From an uncultured Actinomycetota bacterium (GTDB lineage: Bacteria; Actinomycetota; Actinomycetes; Actinomycetales; Dermatophilaceae), in assembly GCA_963763315.1 (NCBI GenBank), contig CAVXOC010000003.1, forward strand, positions 412,167 through 476,166: a DNA stretch of 64,000 nucleotides. Reading direction: 5' to 3'. The translations under genes and the position numbers were made by a program. Below, piece by piece: positions 37,382-46,443 of the stretch (position 1 is its first letter; every line of letters begins with the position of its first letter). Under the pieces are notes generated by a model. The model made no database searches and was not told where the DNA came from. It saw nothing but the letters and a program-made list of their open reading frames with translations.

Positions 37382-38840
37382 GAGGTTGTCCCGAGTTCCG
37401 TGGAACTTCGGTGGCGGCCTGCATGAGCGTCAGGCTGCGCTCATGTCGTGATTGTGGCAGTCGTCGCCGACAGTGGTCGCGCCGACGTGTCGTTCCAGCG
37501 CCGCCCGTAGGGCGGGTAGGTGCAGGTGGCCGTTGACGCGGCGGAACTGCTTGGACGCCTCGAGCATCCCGGCGGCGCACCAGCGCAGCGCCATCTGCCC
37601 GTCGCGCCAGCGTTTGACGTTGCGGGAGTGGTCCCTTGCGATGGAGATCATCGACTCCACCGCGTTCGTCGACCGCAGGGTCCGGGCCAGGGTCGGTGGG
37701 ACCTCGAGGCGCAGCACGGTGAGGGTCTCGGCCATGCCTTCGCGCAGGCTGCCGGCGGCGCCGGGGTGGGACTTCTCGAGCTCCTTGGCCAGCGCGGTCA
37801 GCTGGGCCTCGGCCTCCAGAGCGGAGGCCGCGTGGTACGCGGCCCGCATCCGCTTCTCCACCGGGCCGCGCATCGTCTCGGGCAGGTGGTCACGGACATT
37901 CCTCAGCTTGTGCAGCTGACACCGGCCGATCACCGGGCGGTCGAACACCTCCTTGACCGCGGCCGACAGGGCCGTGGCGCCGTCGAGGACGGCCAGGACC
38001 GGGCGGGTGACGTCCAGGCCCCGGTCCCGCAGCCCGGCCAGCAGGGCCCGCACCACGGTGGTGTTCTCGGTCGAGCCCTCGACCAGCCCCAGCGGGTGCT
38101 TGACCCCGTCGATGTCGATGCCCAGGGCGACCACGCACAGGTGCTCGGCGAAGTAGACCCCGTCGACCATGACCGCGACCAGGTCCAGCCCGGACAGGTC
38201 GGCGGCGAGCAGGTCGGCCAGGGCGTGCTCGGTCATCGCGACGAACCGGCGCGAGACCGCCGAGCGCGACGTGGCCCGCGAGGACTGCTGGACCGCATCG
38301 CCGACCGGCTCCAACCCGGCCGGGTACCGCCGGGTCGAGACCCCGGCCAGCATCTTCTCCAGCGCCAACCGGCCGAGCAGCTCGGTACCGGTGAACAGCT
38401 CGTACGCGGGCACCGCCACCTCCCCGGACCCATCCGCCGCGCGGACCCGGGGCCGCCTCACCGGCACCCGCCGCCCGCCCAGGGTCACCGACCCCGCCCC
38501 GCTGCCATGCCGGACCGCGGCCCGGCCCGGGTCATGCCTACCCCGCGGGCCGCACACCGCGGCCACGTCGGCCTCCATCAGTTGCTGCATCACCTGCAGC
38601 CCCGCACCGACCGCGAGGGCGAGCAGGCCCTCACGCATCTCGGCCGCGACCTGCTCCATCGCGATACTCACCCGCTCCGGCACGGCCACCGGCATCGCGT
38701 CCGGCACGGTCTTCTGGTACTTCTTGGTCACAGCGGTCCCCTGTCTCTGGGTTGTCTTGGCGGACACCCGAGACCTACCAGACGGCAGGCCTCAGGCGGG
38801 GGACCGCCACCTCAACTTCCACGAGACCCGGGACAACCTC
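37382..38840 (-). mobile_element. IS256-family insertion sequence (1459 bp), complete
   Basis: About 40-bp imperfect terminal IRs (GAGGTTGTCCCG... at both ends, first 12 nt identical). An 8-bp direct repeat GTGTGCGC sits at 37374..37381 and 38841..38848. Confidence 0.9.
37430..38767 (-). CDS. IS256-family (mutator-type) transposase
   Basis: 445 aa. ...VMVDGVYFAEHLCVVALGIDIDGVKHPLGL..., LAVLDGATALSAAV..., CQLHKLRNV..., STNAVESM are the conserved IS256 DDE blocks. Confidence 0.9.
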   Translation of the reverse strand: MSAKTTQRQGTAVTKKYQKTVPDAMPVAVPERVSIAMEQVAAEMREGLLALAVGAGLQVMQQLMEADVAAVCGPRGRHDPGRAAVRHGSGAGSVTLGGRRVPVRRPRVRAADGSGEVAVPAYELFTGTELLGRLALEKMLAGVSTRRYPAGLEPVGDAVQQSSRATSRSAVSRRFVAMTEHALADLLAADLSGLDLVAVMVDGVYFAEHLCVVALGIDIDGVKHPLGLVEGSTENTTVVRALLAGLRDRGLDVTRPVLAVLDGATALSAAVKEVFDRPVIGRCQLHKLRNVRDHLPETMRGPVEKRMRAAYHAASALEAEAQLTALAKELEKSHPGAAGSLREGMAETLTVLRLEVPPTLARTLRSTNAVESMISIARDHSRNVKRWRDGQMALRWCAAGMLEASKQFRRVNGHLHLPALRAALERHVGATTVGDDCHNHDMSAA

Positions 38841-38929
38841 GTGTGCGCAGGCGGCTGTGACTGCGACTGACTCGGTGTGCACCCTGCCAGGGTGAGCATG
38901 GCCAGCAGCGCCACGAAGGGAGCCCTCAT
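38841..38929 (-). pseudogene. Lipoprotein gene, N-terminal part (signal peptide and lipobox)
   Basis: MRAPFVALLAMLTLAGCTPSQSQSQPPAHT. The LAGC lipobox is present, and the sequence is cut by the IS256 insertion. Confidence 0.65.
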
Positions 38930-38995
38930 CGTCCGAGGCTAGGTCCGGCCCGCCGCTCTGGCGGGAGCTGTCCCGGTCGTTGCAGAGGAGGACGA

Positions 38996-40007
38996 CTAGG
39001 CCGTGTTACGAAAGTGGCGAGTGTGACTTTGGGCGTGTCGCGGGCGTGAGGTGAGGCCTCCGCAGTAACGCAGTTGGTGTCGAATCACCCACGCTGCTGC
39101 AGGAGGCCTCGTGTCCACGATATCCGCCGCGTCTCGCCACGATCTGAGCGACGCCCAGTGGGTTCTGCTCGGGCCGCTGCTGCCCCCGGCTCCGCGGTGG
39201 GGTCGGCCGCGGAGGTACCCCGTGCGTGGCCTGGTCGACGGGGTCCGGCGTCGGGTCCGGACCGGGTGCCCGTGGCGTGATGTGCCCGAGCGGTACGGGC
39301 CGTGGTGGCGGGTGTACGCACTGTTCGCGTGCTGGCAGGTGAGCGGGGTGTGGGAACGGGTCGAGGACGCGTTACGGGCCCGCGCCGACGCGGCGGGCCA
39401 CCTGTCCTGGCAGGTATCGGTGGACTCGACCACCGCCCGCGCCCATGTCCACGCCGCCGGCGCCCGCCGCGACAGCGTGGATCGGGTTGCCGGAGAACCC
39501 GAGCACCACGCCCTGGGTCGCTCCCGGGGCGGGTGGGGCACCAAGACCCACGCCGCCGTCGACGCCCGCCGCGGAGTCCTCGCGTTTGTCCTGACCCCGG
39601 GCCAGGCCGGTGACAGCCCCGAGATGATCGCCGTCCTTCAGGCCATCCGTGTGGCCCGTCCCGGGCGCGGGCGACCACGCAGCCGCCCCGACCGGGTCCT
39701 GGCCGACAAGGCCTACTCCTCCCGCGCGAACCGGGCCTGGCTACGCACCCACCGGATCAAGGCGACCATCCCCGTCCCCAGCGACCAAGCCGGACACCGC
39801 CAGCGTCGAGGCTCAGCCGGCGGACGGCCACCCGCCTTCGACGCCGAACGGTACAAGGACCGGCACGCCGTCGAATGCGGCTTCAGCCACCTCAAACACC
39901 ACCGCGGCTTCGCCACCCGTTACGACAAGCTCGCCGTCCGCTACGCCGCCACCGTCCACGTCGCCAGCATCGACCACTGGCTCAGAAGACTTTCGTAACA
40001 GGACTAG
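38996..40007 (+). mobile_element. IS5-family insertion sequence (IS427/ISL2-like), complete
   Basis: Terminal IR core TGTTACGAAAGT at both ends (39004.. and its reverse complement ending at 40000). CTAG flanks both ends (38996..38999 and 40004..40007). The transposase stop lies in the right IR. Confidence 0.8.
39111..39998 (+). CDS. IS5-family transposase (DUF4096 + DDE_Tnp_1)
   Basis: LSDAQWVLLGPLLPP....GRPRRYP.R.LVDGVRRRVRTGCPWRDVPERYGPWWRVY..F..W, then ...VSVDSTTARAH..., ...LADKAYSS.....L....I.ATIP..., ...YKDRHAVECGFSHLKHHRGFATRYDK. Confidence 0.9.
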   Translation: MSTISAASRHDLSDAQWVLLGPLLPPAPRWGRPRRYPVRGLVDGVRRRVRTGCPWRDVPERYGPWWRVYALFACWQVSGVWERVEDALRARADAAGHLSWQVSVDSTTARAHVHAAGARRDSVDRVAGEPEHHALGRSRGGWGTKTHAAVDARRGVLAFVLTPGQAGDSPEMIAVLQAIRVARPGRGRPRSRPDRVLADKAYSSRANRAWLRTHRIKATIPVPSDQAGHRQRRGSAGGRPPAFDAERYKDRHAVECGFSHLKHHRGFATRYDKLAVRYAATVHVASIDHWLRRLS

Positions 40008-40206
40008 GTGTGGCTCTCGCCCCGCGCCCTGTCGTGGCGCTCAACCGCGCGATGCGGTGGCCGGGGTGGGGGGACCGGTCGTGGCCCTCGGCTTCGTCGA
40101 CGTCCTCGACCTCGGTGATTTCAAGTATTCCACGCAATACGGGCAGACCTACTCGTGTTTCTGGGTCGCGTAGGGGAGGCCACCCAGGCCTTCGAGTCGG
40201 CTGAGG
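40008..40206 (+). pseudogene. Relic of an ECF-type sigma factor C-terminal region (DUF6596-like). It is truncated by IS5, split by IS1634 and frameshifted, and continues at 42247..~42300
   Basis: LAPRPVVALNRA / AVAGVGGPVVALGFVDVLD... and, across the IS1634 insertion, ...EATQAFESAEALTRNAAGRDLLRRRFA. This resembles the conserved ...SPVVALNRAVAVA...GP.AAL..VD.L... / ...A...AL.LT.N.AER.FL.RRL tail of this sigma family. Confidence 0.35.
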
Positions 40207-42241
40207 CCTGAGTTCCGCAGCTGTTCGGTGTTCTGGGGCGTGCCGAAGGACGAATGTGCTGGTCAGCGGCTTGGGAGGTGGTGACGCGACCGGATTCGCC
40301 TAGTGACACGGCCCGGCGTGTTCGGCGCGGTTGGACAGGGGTTCACCGGGTAGCGTCTGGTGACATGTTCGTACGGACGTCGTCTCGGCGGAACAAGGAC
40401 GGCGCCGTGGTGCGGTACCTGCAGCTGGCTCACAACGAGTGGGACCCCGCCGCGAAGACATCGAGGATGAAGGTGCTGTACAACTTCGGCCGGGTCGAGG
40501 ACCTGGACCGGGCCGCGGTGGAACGTCTGATCGCCTCGTTGACCAGGGTGCTCGGCGGGGCCGCGACGCCTGGGGGTGAGACCACCGCTGAGGTGGGTGG
40601 GCTGCCCGGGCTGGCGTTCGTGGAGTCCCGCCCGCTGGGCGGGGCCTACGTCCTGGACGCGTTGTGGGCCCGGCTGGGGATCACCAAGACGATGCGCACG
40701 ATGTTGGCCTCGACCCGCCGGGACGCGCTCACCGAGCGAGTGCTGTTCGCGCTGGTCGCGAACCGGGCGCTGGCGCCGTCCTCCAAGCTCGCCGCAGCCG
40801 GCTGGGTGACCCACGACGTGCACATCCCCGGGTTGCCGGAAGTCTCCGAGGACGCCTGCTACCGGGCGATGGACTGGCTGATCGACGCCGAACCGGTACT
40901 GGCCAAGGATGTCTACGCCTCGACCGCGGACCTGTTGAACCTCGAGGTCGACCTGTTGTTCTTCGACACCACCTCGACCTACTTCGAGACCGAGGTTCCC
41001 GACGAGCCGGTGTGGCGCGACGCAGCGGGCCGCCCGGTCACCACGACCGATGACGTTCCCGGCGTCGAACCCGGCGTGGATGCCGAGCCGCCGGCCGGCG
41101 CCGTCAAGGAGGGCGGGTTCCGGGTCCACGGGAAGTCCAAGGACCACCGCGACGACCTGCCACAGGTCGTGATCGGGATGGCCGTCACCCGGGACGGGAT
41201 CCCGGTCCGGGTCTGGTGCTGGCCGGGCAACACCAGTGATTCGGCGTTGATCCGACAGGTCAAGGCCGACATGCGGGACTGGAACCTGGCTCGGGTGGTC
41301 TGGGTCGCCGACCGCGGATTCACCTCGGCGGAGAACCGCAGGTATCTGCGCCGCGGCGGCGGCGGCTACATCCTGGGCGAGAAGCTCCGCTCCGGCTCCG
41401 CCGAGGCGACCGCGGCGCTGGGCCGGGCGGGCCGCTACCAAGAAGTGGCGGGGAACCTGCGGGTCAAGGAGGTCCGGATCAGTGAGCACGAACGGTTCGT
41501 GATCGCACACAATCCCGAGGCCGCCGACCGCGACGCCGCCGTCCGCGGCCACCTGGTCCAACTGCTCACCGACCTGATCGCCGATACCGACAAGCTGTCG
41601 AAGACCAAGCGGGCCGAGCTGCGTGGGGTGATCTCCACCAAACCCGGCCTGAACCGGTTCCTGCGCGTCACTGCCGGTGGGCTGCTCCGCGTCGACGCGG
41701 CCGCGATCGCCGCGGAGGAGAAGCTGGACGGCAAGTACCTTCTGCGCACCAACGAACCCCAACTCTCGGCCGAGGACATCGCACTGGGCTACAAGCAGCT
41801 CCTCGAGGTCGAACGCGGCTGGCGCGACATGAAACAGATCCTCGACCTGCGCCCGGTCCACCACCGCCTCGAAGACCGCATCCGCGCCCACGTCATCCTC
41901 TGCTGGCTCGCGCTGCTGCTCATCCGGATCATCGAGACCACCACCGGCCAGACCTGGAGCACCATCCGCCGCGAACTCCAGCGCCTAGCACTGGGCACCT
42001 TCACCGGCGACGCCGGGACCTACCGGCAGACCACCCAGCCCACCCCGGCCCAGCAGAGCATCCTGGACCGGCTCGAGATGGTCCCACCGCCACGGATCCT
42101 CACACTCGCCACCCCCGACTGAACCCCAGCATCCCAACACCCCCACCTAGTGACACGCCGTGTCACCAGACCGATCCGCGTTTCCCCAGGTCACAGCCCA
42201 TTCACGCCTCCACTGAGCCCCACCCAGCTGCGGAACTCAGG
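40207..42241 (+). mobile_element. IS1634-family insertion sequence (2035 bp), complete
   Basis: 17-bp perfect terminal IR: CCTGAGTTCCGCAGCTG at 40207..40223, and its reverse complement at 42225..42241. Weaker subterminal similarity extends about 100 bp. A 5-bp direct repeat TGAGG sits at 40202..40206 and 42242..42246. Confidence 0.85.
40365..42122 (+). CDS. IS1634-family transposase
   Basis: MFVRTSSRRNKDGAVVRYLQLAHNEWDPAAKTSRMKVLYNFGR... is the hallmark IS1634 N-terminus. DDE region ...LLFFDTTSTYFE..., VWVADRGFTS..., YKQLLEVERGWRDMK. Confidence 0.9.
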   Translation: MFVRTSSRRNKDGAVVRYLQLAHNEWDPAAKTSRMKVLYNFGRVEDLDRAAVERLIASLTRVLGGAATPGGETTAEVGGLPGLAFVESRPLGGAYVLDALWARLGITKTMRTMLASTRRDALTERVLFALVANRALAPSSKLAAAGWVTHDVHIPGLPEVSEDACYRAMDWLIDAEPVLAKDVYASTADLLNLEVDLLFFDTTSTYFETEVPDEPVWRDAAGRPVTTTDDVPGVEPGVDAEPPAGAVKEGGFRVHGKSKDHRDDLPQVVIGMAVTRDGIPVRVWCWPGNTSDSALIRQVKADMRDWNLARVVWVADRGFTSAENRRYLRRGGGGYILGEKLRSGSAEATAALGRAGRYQEVAGNLRVKEVRISEHERFVIAHNPEAADRDAAVRGHLVQLLTDLIADTDKLSKTKRAELRGVISTKPGLNRFLRVTAGGLLRVDAAAIAAEEKLDGKYLLRTNEPQLSAEDIALGYKQLLEVERGWRDMKQILDLRPVHHRLEDRIRAHVILCWLALLLIRIIETTTGQTWSTIRRELQRLALGTFTGDAGTYRQTTQPTPAQQSILDRLEMVPPPRILTLATPD

Positions 42242-42313
42242 TGAGGCGCTCACCCGGAATGCGGCGGGGCGGGATCTCCTTCGACGCAGATTCGCTGGTC
42301 GCCGAGTTCGGAG

Positions 42314-42643
42314 CTATTTCCCGGGGCTGCCACCGAGGAATCCGCCGGCCGCGTCAGGCAGGGTTTGCGCGGCTGAGTCGACGGCCGTCGAAGCGGCGTC
42401 TCCCACGCCCGCGACGCTTTCGCTGACGCCGGCAAAGGTCTCAGTCAGGCCGCCCATGCCGCCGGTCACCGCCTCGAGAGTGGGGGCGGCGCCATCCATG
42501 AGGCCGGTCGCCGACTCGGTCACCGTCTGCATCGCAGCGGTGGCCGACTCACCGATCGAGCCAAGGTCGACTGGCAGCCCGGGGATCTCGATCCCGGTGG
42601 CGTCCGTCACCCTGGTGAGTGCGTTCTTGATTGCTTCCCACAT
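42314..42643 (-). CDS. Hypothetical small Ala/Gly/Thr-rich protein
   Basis: 109-aa ORF with high third-position G+C. It has quasi-periodic ES(A/V)(T/A)G...M/T motifs and lies downstream of, and co-oriented with, the MerR gene. I recognise no family. Confidence 0.5.
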   Translation of the reverse strand: MWEAIKNALTRVTDATGIEIPGLPVDLGSIGESATAAMQTVTESATGLMDGAAPTLEAVTGGMGGLTETFAGVSESVAGVGDAASTAVDSAAQTLPDAAGGFLGGSPGK

Positions 42644-42795
42644 CAGAGTCTCTCCTTCAGATTGGAATGTGGATCTCGCGGTGAGCGAGGGTTGTCAGCT
42701 TCGTCATCAGGCTCGGCATCGGTAACCAATCTGTTGAGGCGGTGCCTCATCGAGGCGATCTTGCGTTGACGCGACGCTGCGTGGTGGGGTGACCG

Positions 42796-43269
42796 CTAGA
42801 GAGGGGGCAGGAAGTCGGCCCCCGGGAGGAGGTCGTCAGTCAGGACCAGTGCGGTGGCGATCAGCGCCTGCGCCCGGGCGACGAGACCGGCAAGAACTCC
42901 ACGGGTGCCGTGGTCGGCGACTTCGGGTAGTTCACGCAGCGCCTTCACCTGCTCGTCCAAGGCTGCGAGGTGGCGCTTGAGGGCGACGGGATCCCCCGGG
43001 CGGGGGCCCTCGGAAGGGTCCGCGACCCCGGTGTGGTCCGCGCGCGGGCCACCCTTGAGCAGGCGGACGATCTCATCGAGCCTGATGCCCTGAGCCTCCA
43101 GCCGTCGGATCACCGTGATGCGCTGGACATCGGCCGGCTGGTAGAGGCGGAAGTTCCCGCCACTTCGGGTGGGAGCCAGCAGCCCCAGACCGGTGTAGAA
43201 GTCCACGGTCCGTCTGCTGACCTCGGCCCGGGAGGCCAGCTCGCCGATCCGCAGAAGGTCTTCAGCCAT
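42796..43269 (-). CDS. MerR family transcriptional regulator
   Basis: From ATG 43269: LLRIGELASRAEVSRRTVDFYTGLGLLAPTRSGGNFRLYQPADVQRITVIRRLEAQGIRLDEI is the MerR HTH plus coiled coil. Confidence 0.85.
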   Translation of the reverse strand: MAEDLLRIGELASRAEVSRRTVDFYTGLGLLAPTRSGGNFRLYQPADVQRITVIRRLEAQGIRLDEIVRLLKGGPRADHTGVADPSEGPRPGDPVALKRHLAALDEQVKALRELPEVADHGTRGVLAGLVARAQALIATALVLTDDLLPGADFLPPL

Positions 43270-43448
43270 CGCGCTCGCACCTGCCTTCGTTCCTGTACCG
43301 CAACTGCAACGTACACCATACGGTGACACGTGATGGTCTCGGTCAAACCCGAGGCAGGCATCTTCCCTGCGGTATCCCGGGTTCGAGCGGCCACCGCCCA
43401 CCCCCGGAACTCCGGGCCCGTCGTGACCAGCACGTCTCCCGGAGGAGG

Positions 43449-44132
43449 TCACAGAGCGACGATGTTGTATGCCTCCCACGCGCCGGCGGTCAACAGGAGT
43501 CCGGCCGCCAGGAGCAGCCCCCGCCACAACTGAGGACTGCGCCAGCCGCCATGAACCGGTCGGAACCGGACTGCCTTGGTCTTCCCGTCGATCTTCACGT
43601 CTTGCCATCTAGTGATCTCGTAGGTGGCTGCAGCGGCCAGCGCGTAAGCCAAGAGCTCGTAGAAGCCGGGGTGGACGAGCCACGAGACCGACGGAGCGAT
43701 CTTGCCCGTCTCCGCGGCCATGCTGAAGGAGTTGGTACCGGTGATCAGCCCGAAGTAGCCCTGCATCACGATGACGCTGACGTAGCCGAGGGGCACCCCA
43801 TTCGCGAGCCGGACCAGGTTCGCTGCCACATAGAACAGCAGAAGCATCGGCAGGTTCCATCCGAGGATGACGACCCACTCAGCAAGGAAGCTGCCGGCCG
43901 CCTCCTCGCCAACCACGACGGAGCCCAAACTGGTCCCACGAAACAGACCCTCAGGCAGCCACAGGTAGGCAATGGACTGGCAAGCGACGAAGAGGGCGGC
44001 GCTCAACGTGAACAGGGACAACATCCGGACAACGAGATGCTCGCTCAGGAGCGAGTCCTTCAGCCAGCGAAGGGCCGGCCGTCGGGGTGCGCCCAGCATC
44101 GCGGTGGTCGCCCGGATGGCGAAGTGCTTCAT
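43449..44132 (-). CDS. Hypothetical polytopic membrane protein (possibly SpoIIM/DUF95-like)
   Basis: 227 aa with about 6 hydrophobic segments, upstream of and co-oriented with merR. The family assignment is tentative. Confidence 0.55.
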   Translation of the reverse strand: MKHFAIRATTAMLGAPRRPALRWLKDSLLSEHLVVRMLSLFTLSAALFVACQSIAYLWLPEGLFRGTSLGSVVVGEEAAGSFLAEWVVILGWNLPMLLLFYVAANLVRLANGVPLGYVSVIVMQGYFGLITGTNSFSMAAETGKIAPSVSWLVHPGFYELLAYALAAAATYEITRWQDVKIDGKTKAVRFRPVHGGWRSPQLWRGLLLAAGLLLTAGAWEAYNIVAL

Positions 44133-44735
44133 CAGCGTGATCCAGCCATCCTCGGTGCGGCGAAACGATCCATTGAGGAATCCTTCGGGCTAAGGAACCG
44201 TCCTACGTCAGTGCGGTGAACACGAACCTACTCGTGCATCACCGTCCGCGGGCGGGGAAGGACCTTCGAGGACGTCGAGTCGCGCCCGGGACGGCTGCCC
44301 CCTCGTGGGGCCTTCCCTCGCGTCTCCTTCTCGACGTGGCACGGGCCCCGGGTCCGTACGCCGGCCGACGGGCCAGATCAGTGCATATCCGGGCAATGCA
44401 GCGGCCAGGCACGGAGACGAAGTCCCGCGTCGCCGAAACCGACGAGCAGGGCCGACAATGTCGCCAGCGGAGAACGCCAGAGGGCGCTCGCCGGGGTCAA
44501 GGCCCGCCCTGACGAACCATAGAAGCCCCCAGGCGTGCGTCCCACCAGAGACCGCGGCCACGCCCACATCGAAGCGATGAGGGCTGTCGGCTGGCGGCCG
44601 TATGCCGCACATGAGGCGGGTGGGTCCTGGCGCCGGGGCGCGATACTGAGCTGACTGGGTGGGCCCGGAGCGGGCAGCGCATGAGTCCGCCCCCCCCGCC
44701 TGAGGGATTGGCGTCTGAGCGCACCAGGAGCGAGG

Positions 44736-45627
44736 TTGAGGGCAACGGTTTCGGCATCGGCCGCGCTGTTGGGGGCTACGGCGGTGTGGGGGTCGACGTT
44801 CGCGGTGACGAAGGGATCGCTCGGCGAGCTGGCCCCGGCCTCGTTCCTCGCCTGGCGTTTCGGCATCGCCGGCGTCGGTCTGCTCCTGGTACGTCCGGTC
44901 AGCCTGTCCCGCCTGGGCCGCTCCGAGCGGTGGCGCGCCGCACTCCTGGGCGTGGCCCTGGCTGCCGGATTCCTGTTCCAGACCACCGGACTGCGGTACA
45001 CCCTGGCCCGGGGTCTCGGGCTTCCTGACCGGCGCAGCGGTCGTTCTGACCCCCGTCGTGGCCGCCATGTTCTTCCGGGAACGGGTCGGACGTGCCGGGT
45101 GGGCGGCTGTCGCCCTGTCGGCCCTGGGCATCGCAGCCCTGGCCGGCGGAGTGAGCGCACCCTCGCCGGTCGGCGCCGTGCTCACCCTGGCTGGGGCGGC
45201 CCGTTTTGCCGTTCACATCAGCGGGCTGAGCGCCTGGGCCACCCCCACAAACGCGTACGGGGTGACGGCGATGAGCGTGATCGTCGCGGCGTTCCTGTGC
45301 GGCGCAGTTGCACTCGGGAGCGGCGGGATCGCCATCCCTGCCACGGCGACCGCCTGGCGTGCCGTGTTGTACCTGGGGCTGGTCGCCACCTGCGTCGGCT
45401 TCGCCGTCCAGGCCTGGGCCCAGAGCAGCCTGAGCGCCACCCGGGCCGCCGTGGTCATGACCATGGAGCCGGTCTTCGCCGCCGTGCTGGCGGTTGCCCT
45501 CGGGGAGCAAGGACTCGGGTGGCTCGGATGGACCGGTGGGCTCCTCGTGGTGACGGGCATGGGCATGGCTGAGCTCGGGCCTCGCCAGTGTTGCGACGCG
45601 CTATCGCCACGCGTCGACTGCTGCTGA
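44736..45627 (+). pseudogene. EamA/DMT-family transporter with a frameshift
   Basis: Two overlapping ORFs (44736.. and ..45627) together give a 10-TM EamA protein. The frame changes inside GLRYT|..|VSGFLTGAAVVLTPVVAAMFFRE at the CCCGGGG run, about 45006..45013. Confidence 0.7.
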
Positions 45628-45817
45628 AGCCCTCCCGTATCGGTCGCTACACGATCCCCCGACCCGTACGGCTGCGTGACCAACGAAAGGAGCGTCGCGG
45701 GTCCTGGGGAAGACTCTCAAGCGTCCTGTCATGCTCGCCGAGCGCGAGGGTCGTCCTTGGCCAGCGATCATCGCCCGTTACTGGAGGACGTGCATATTCC
45801 GAAGAAGGGAACCAGCC

Positions 45818-45982
45818 ATGAGCACCACCACAACCACCACGCTCCTCTCCTCCGACGACGAGACGGTGCGTCGCGTCCGCGAGGTCATGCACGGCACGCT
45901 CAAGGACCTTGCCGACCTCGCGGCCGAGCTGGACGCGCGGCCGTCGGCGCTGCTGCGGATGGTCGAGGCGGCCACAGCCTGA
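45818..45982 (+). CDS. Hypothetical small protein (54 aa)
   Basis: High GC3 ORF MSTTTTTTLLSSDDETVRRVREVMHGTLKDLADLAAELDARPSALLRMVEAATA, followed 30 bp later by a perfect 12-bp-stem hairpin. Confidence 0.4.
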   Translation: MSTTTTTTLLSSDDETVRRVREVMHGTLKDLADLAAELDARPSALLRMVEAATA

Positions 45983-46012
45983 GGACGTAGCGTGCCCCTC
46001 ACGCACCACAGC

Positions 46013-46046
46013 GCCGCCCCCCGGATGGTCAGGTCCGGGGGGCGGC
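46013..46046 (+). terminator. Strong GC hairpin (candidate intrinsic terminator)
   Basis: GCCGCCCCCCGG-atggtcaggt-CCGGGGGGCGGC: perfect 12-bp stem and a 10-nt loop. There is no clear U-tract, as is common in high-G+C actinobacteria. Confidence 0.45.
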
Positions 46047-46151
46047 TTGGTTCGGCGCTTACGGATTTGGAGGGTCGCACCGAACCGGGACAGACACTAG
46101 CGGTCGCAGCGTGCGAACCTCTCGCACGTCCGGCAGGAGGGGGGCCGGGCG

Positions 46152-46376
46152 TCACGTCTCCGACGCGCCCACCTCGGCGGCCGGGATGCGCCAGGGGCAG
46201 GAGTCGCAGCTTCCCCACCCACGGACGTTGACGGTCCAGGGACGGTCGCAGACCGGCAGCTTGCAGGGCTGGCGAGTGCCCTGGGGTGGCTCGGCGGGGA
46301 AGGCGGCGACGAGCTGGCGGATGCGGGCGAGGGTGCCGCTGAGGCGCTCAGACGTGCCCCGGTGCGGCGGCGGCAT
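46152..46376 (-). CDS. Hypothetical Cys4 small protein (74 aa)
   Basis: High GC3. C-x4-C ... C-x2-C spacing (CKLPVC...CDSC) suggests a zinc ribbon. I recognise no family. Confidence 0.3.
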   Translation of the reverse strand: MPPPHRGTSERLSGTLARIRQLVAAFPAEPPQGTRQPCKLPVCDRPWTVNVRGWGSCDSCPWRIPAAEVGASET

Positions 46377-46443
46377 GCTGTCCTGGGTTGGGTCGAGGGG
46401 AGGTGGTTTAACGAAGGTATCGCGCTGGTCACGGGCGATTCAG

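Noticed and set aside
44208-44735. A 530-bp stretch upstream of the EamA pseudogene with several overlapping ORFs (44216..44512, 44305..44580, 44208..45185 minus).
   Set aside because: No frame gives a recognisable domain and none shows a convincing codon bias by eye. It is possibly further gene debris, but this cannot be supported.
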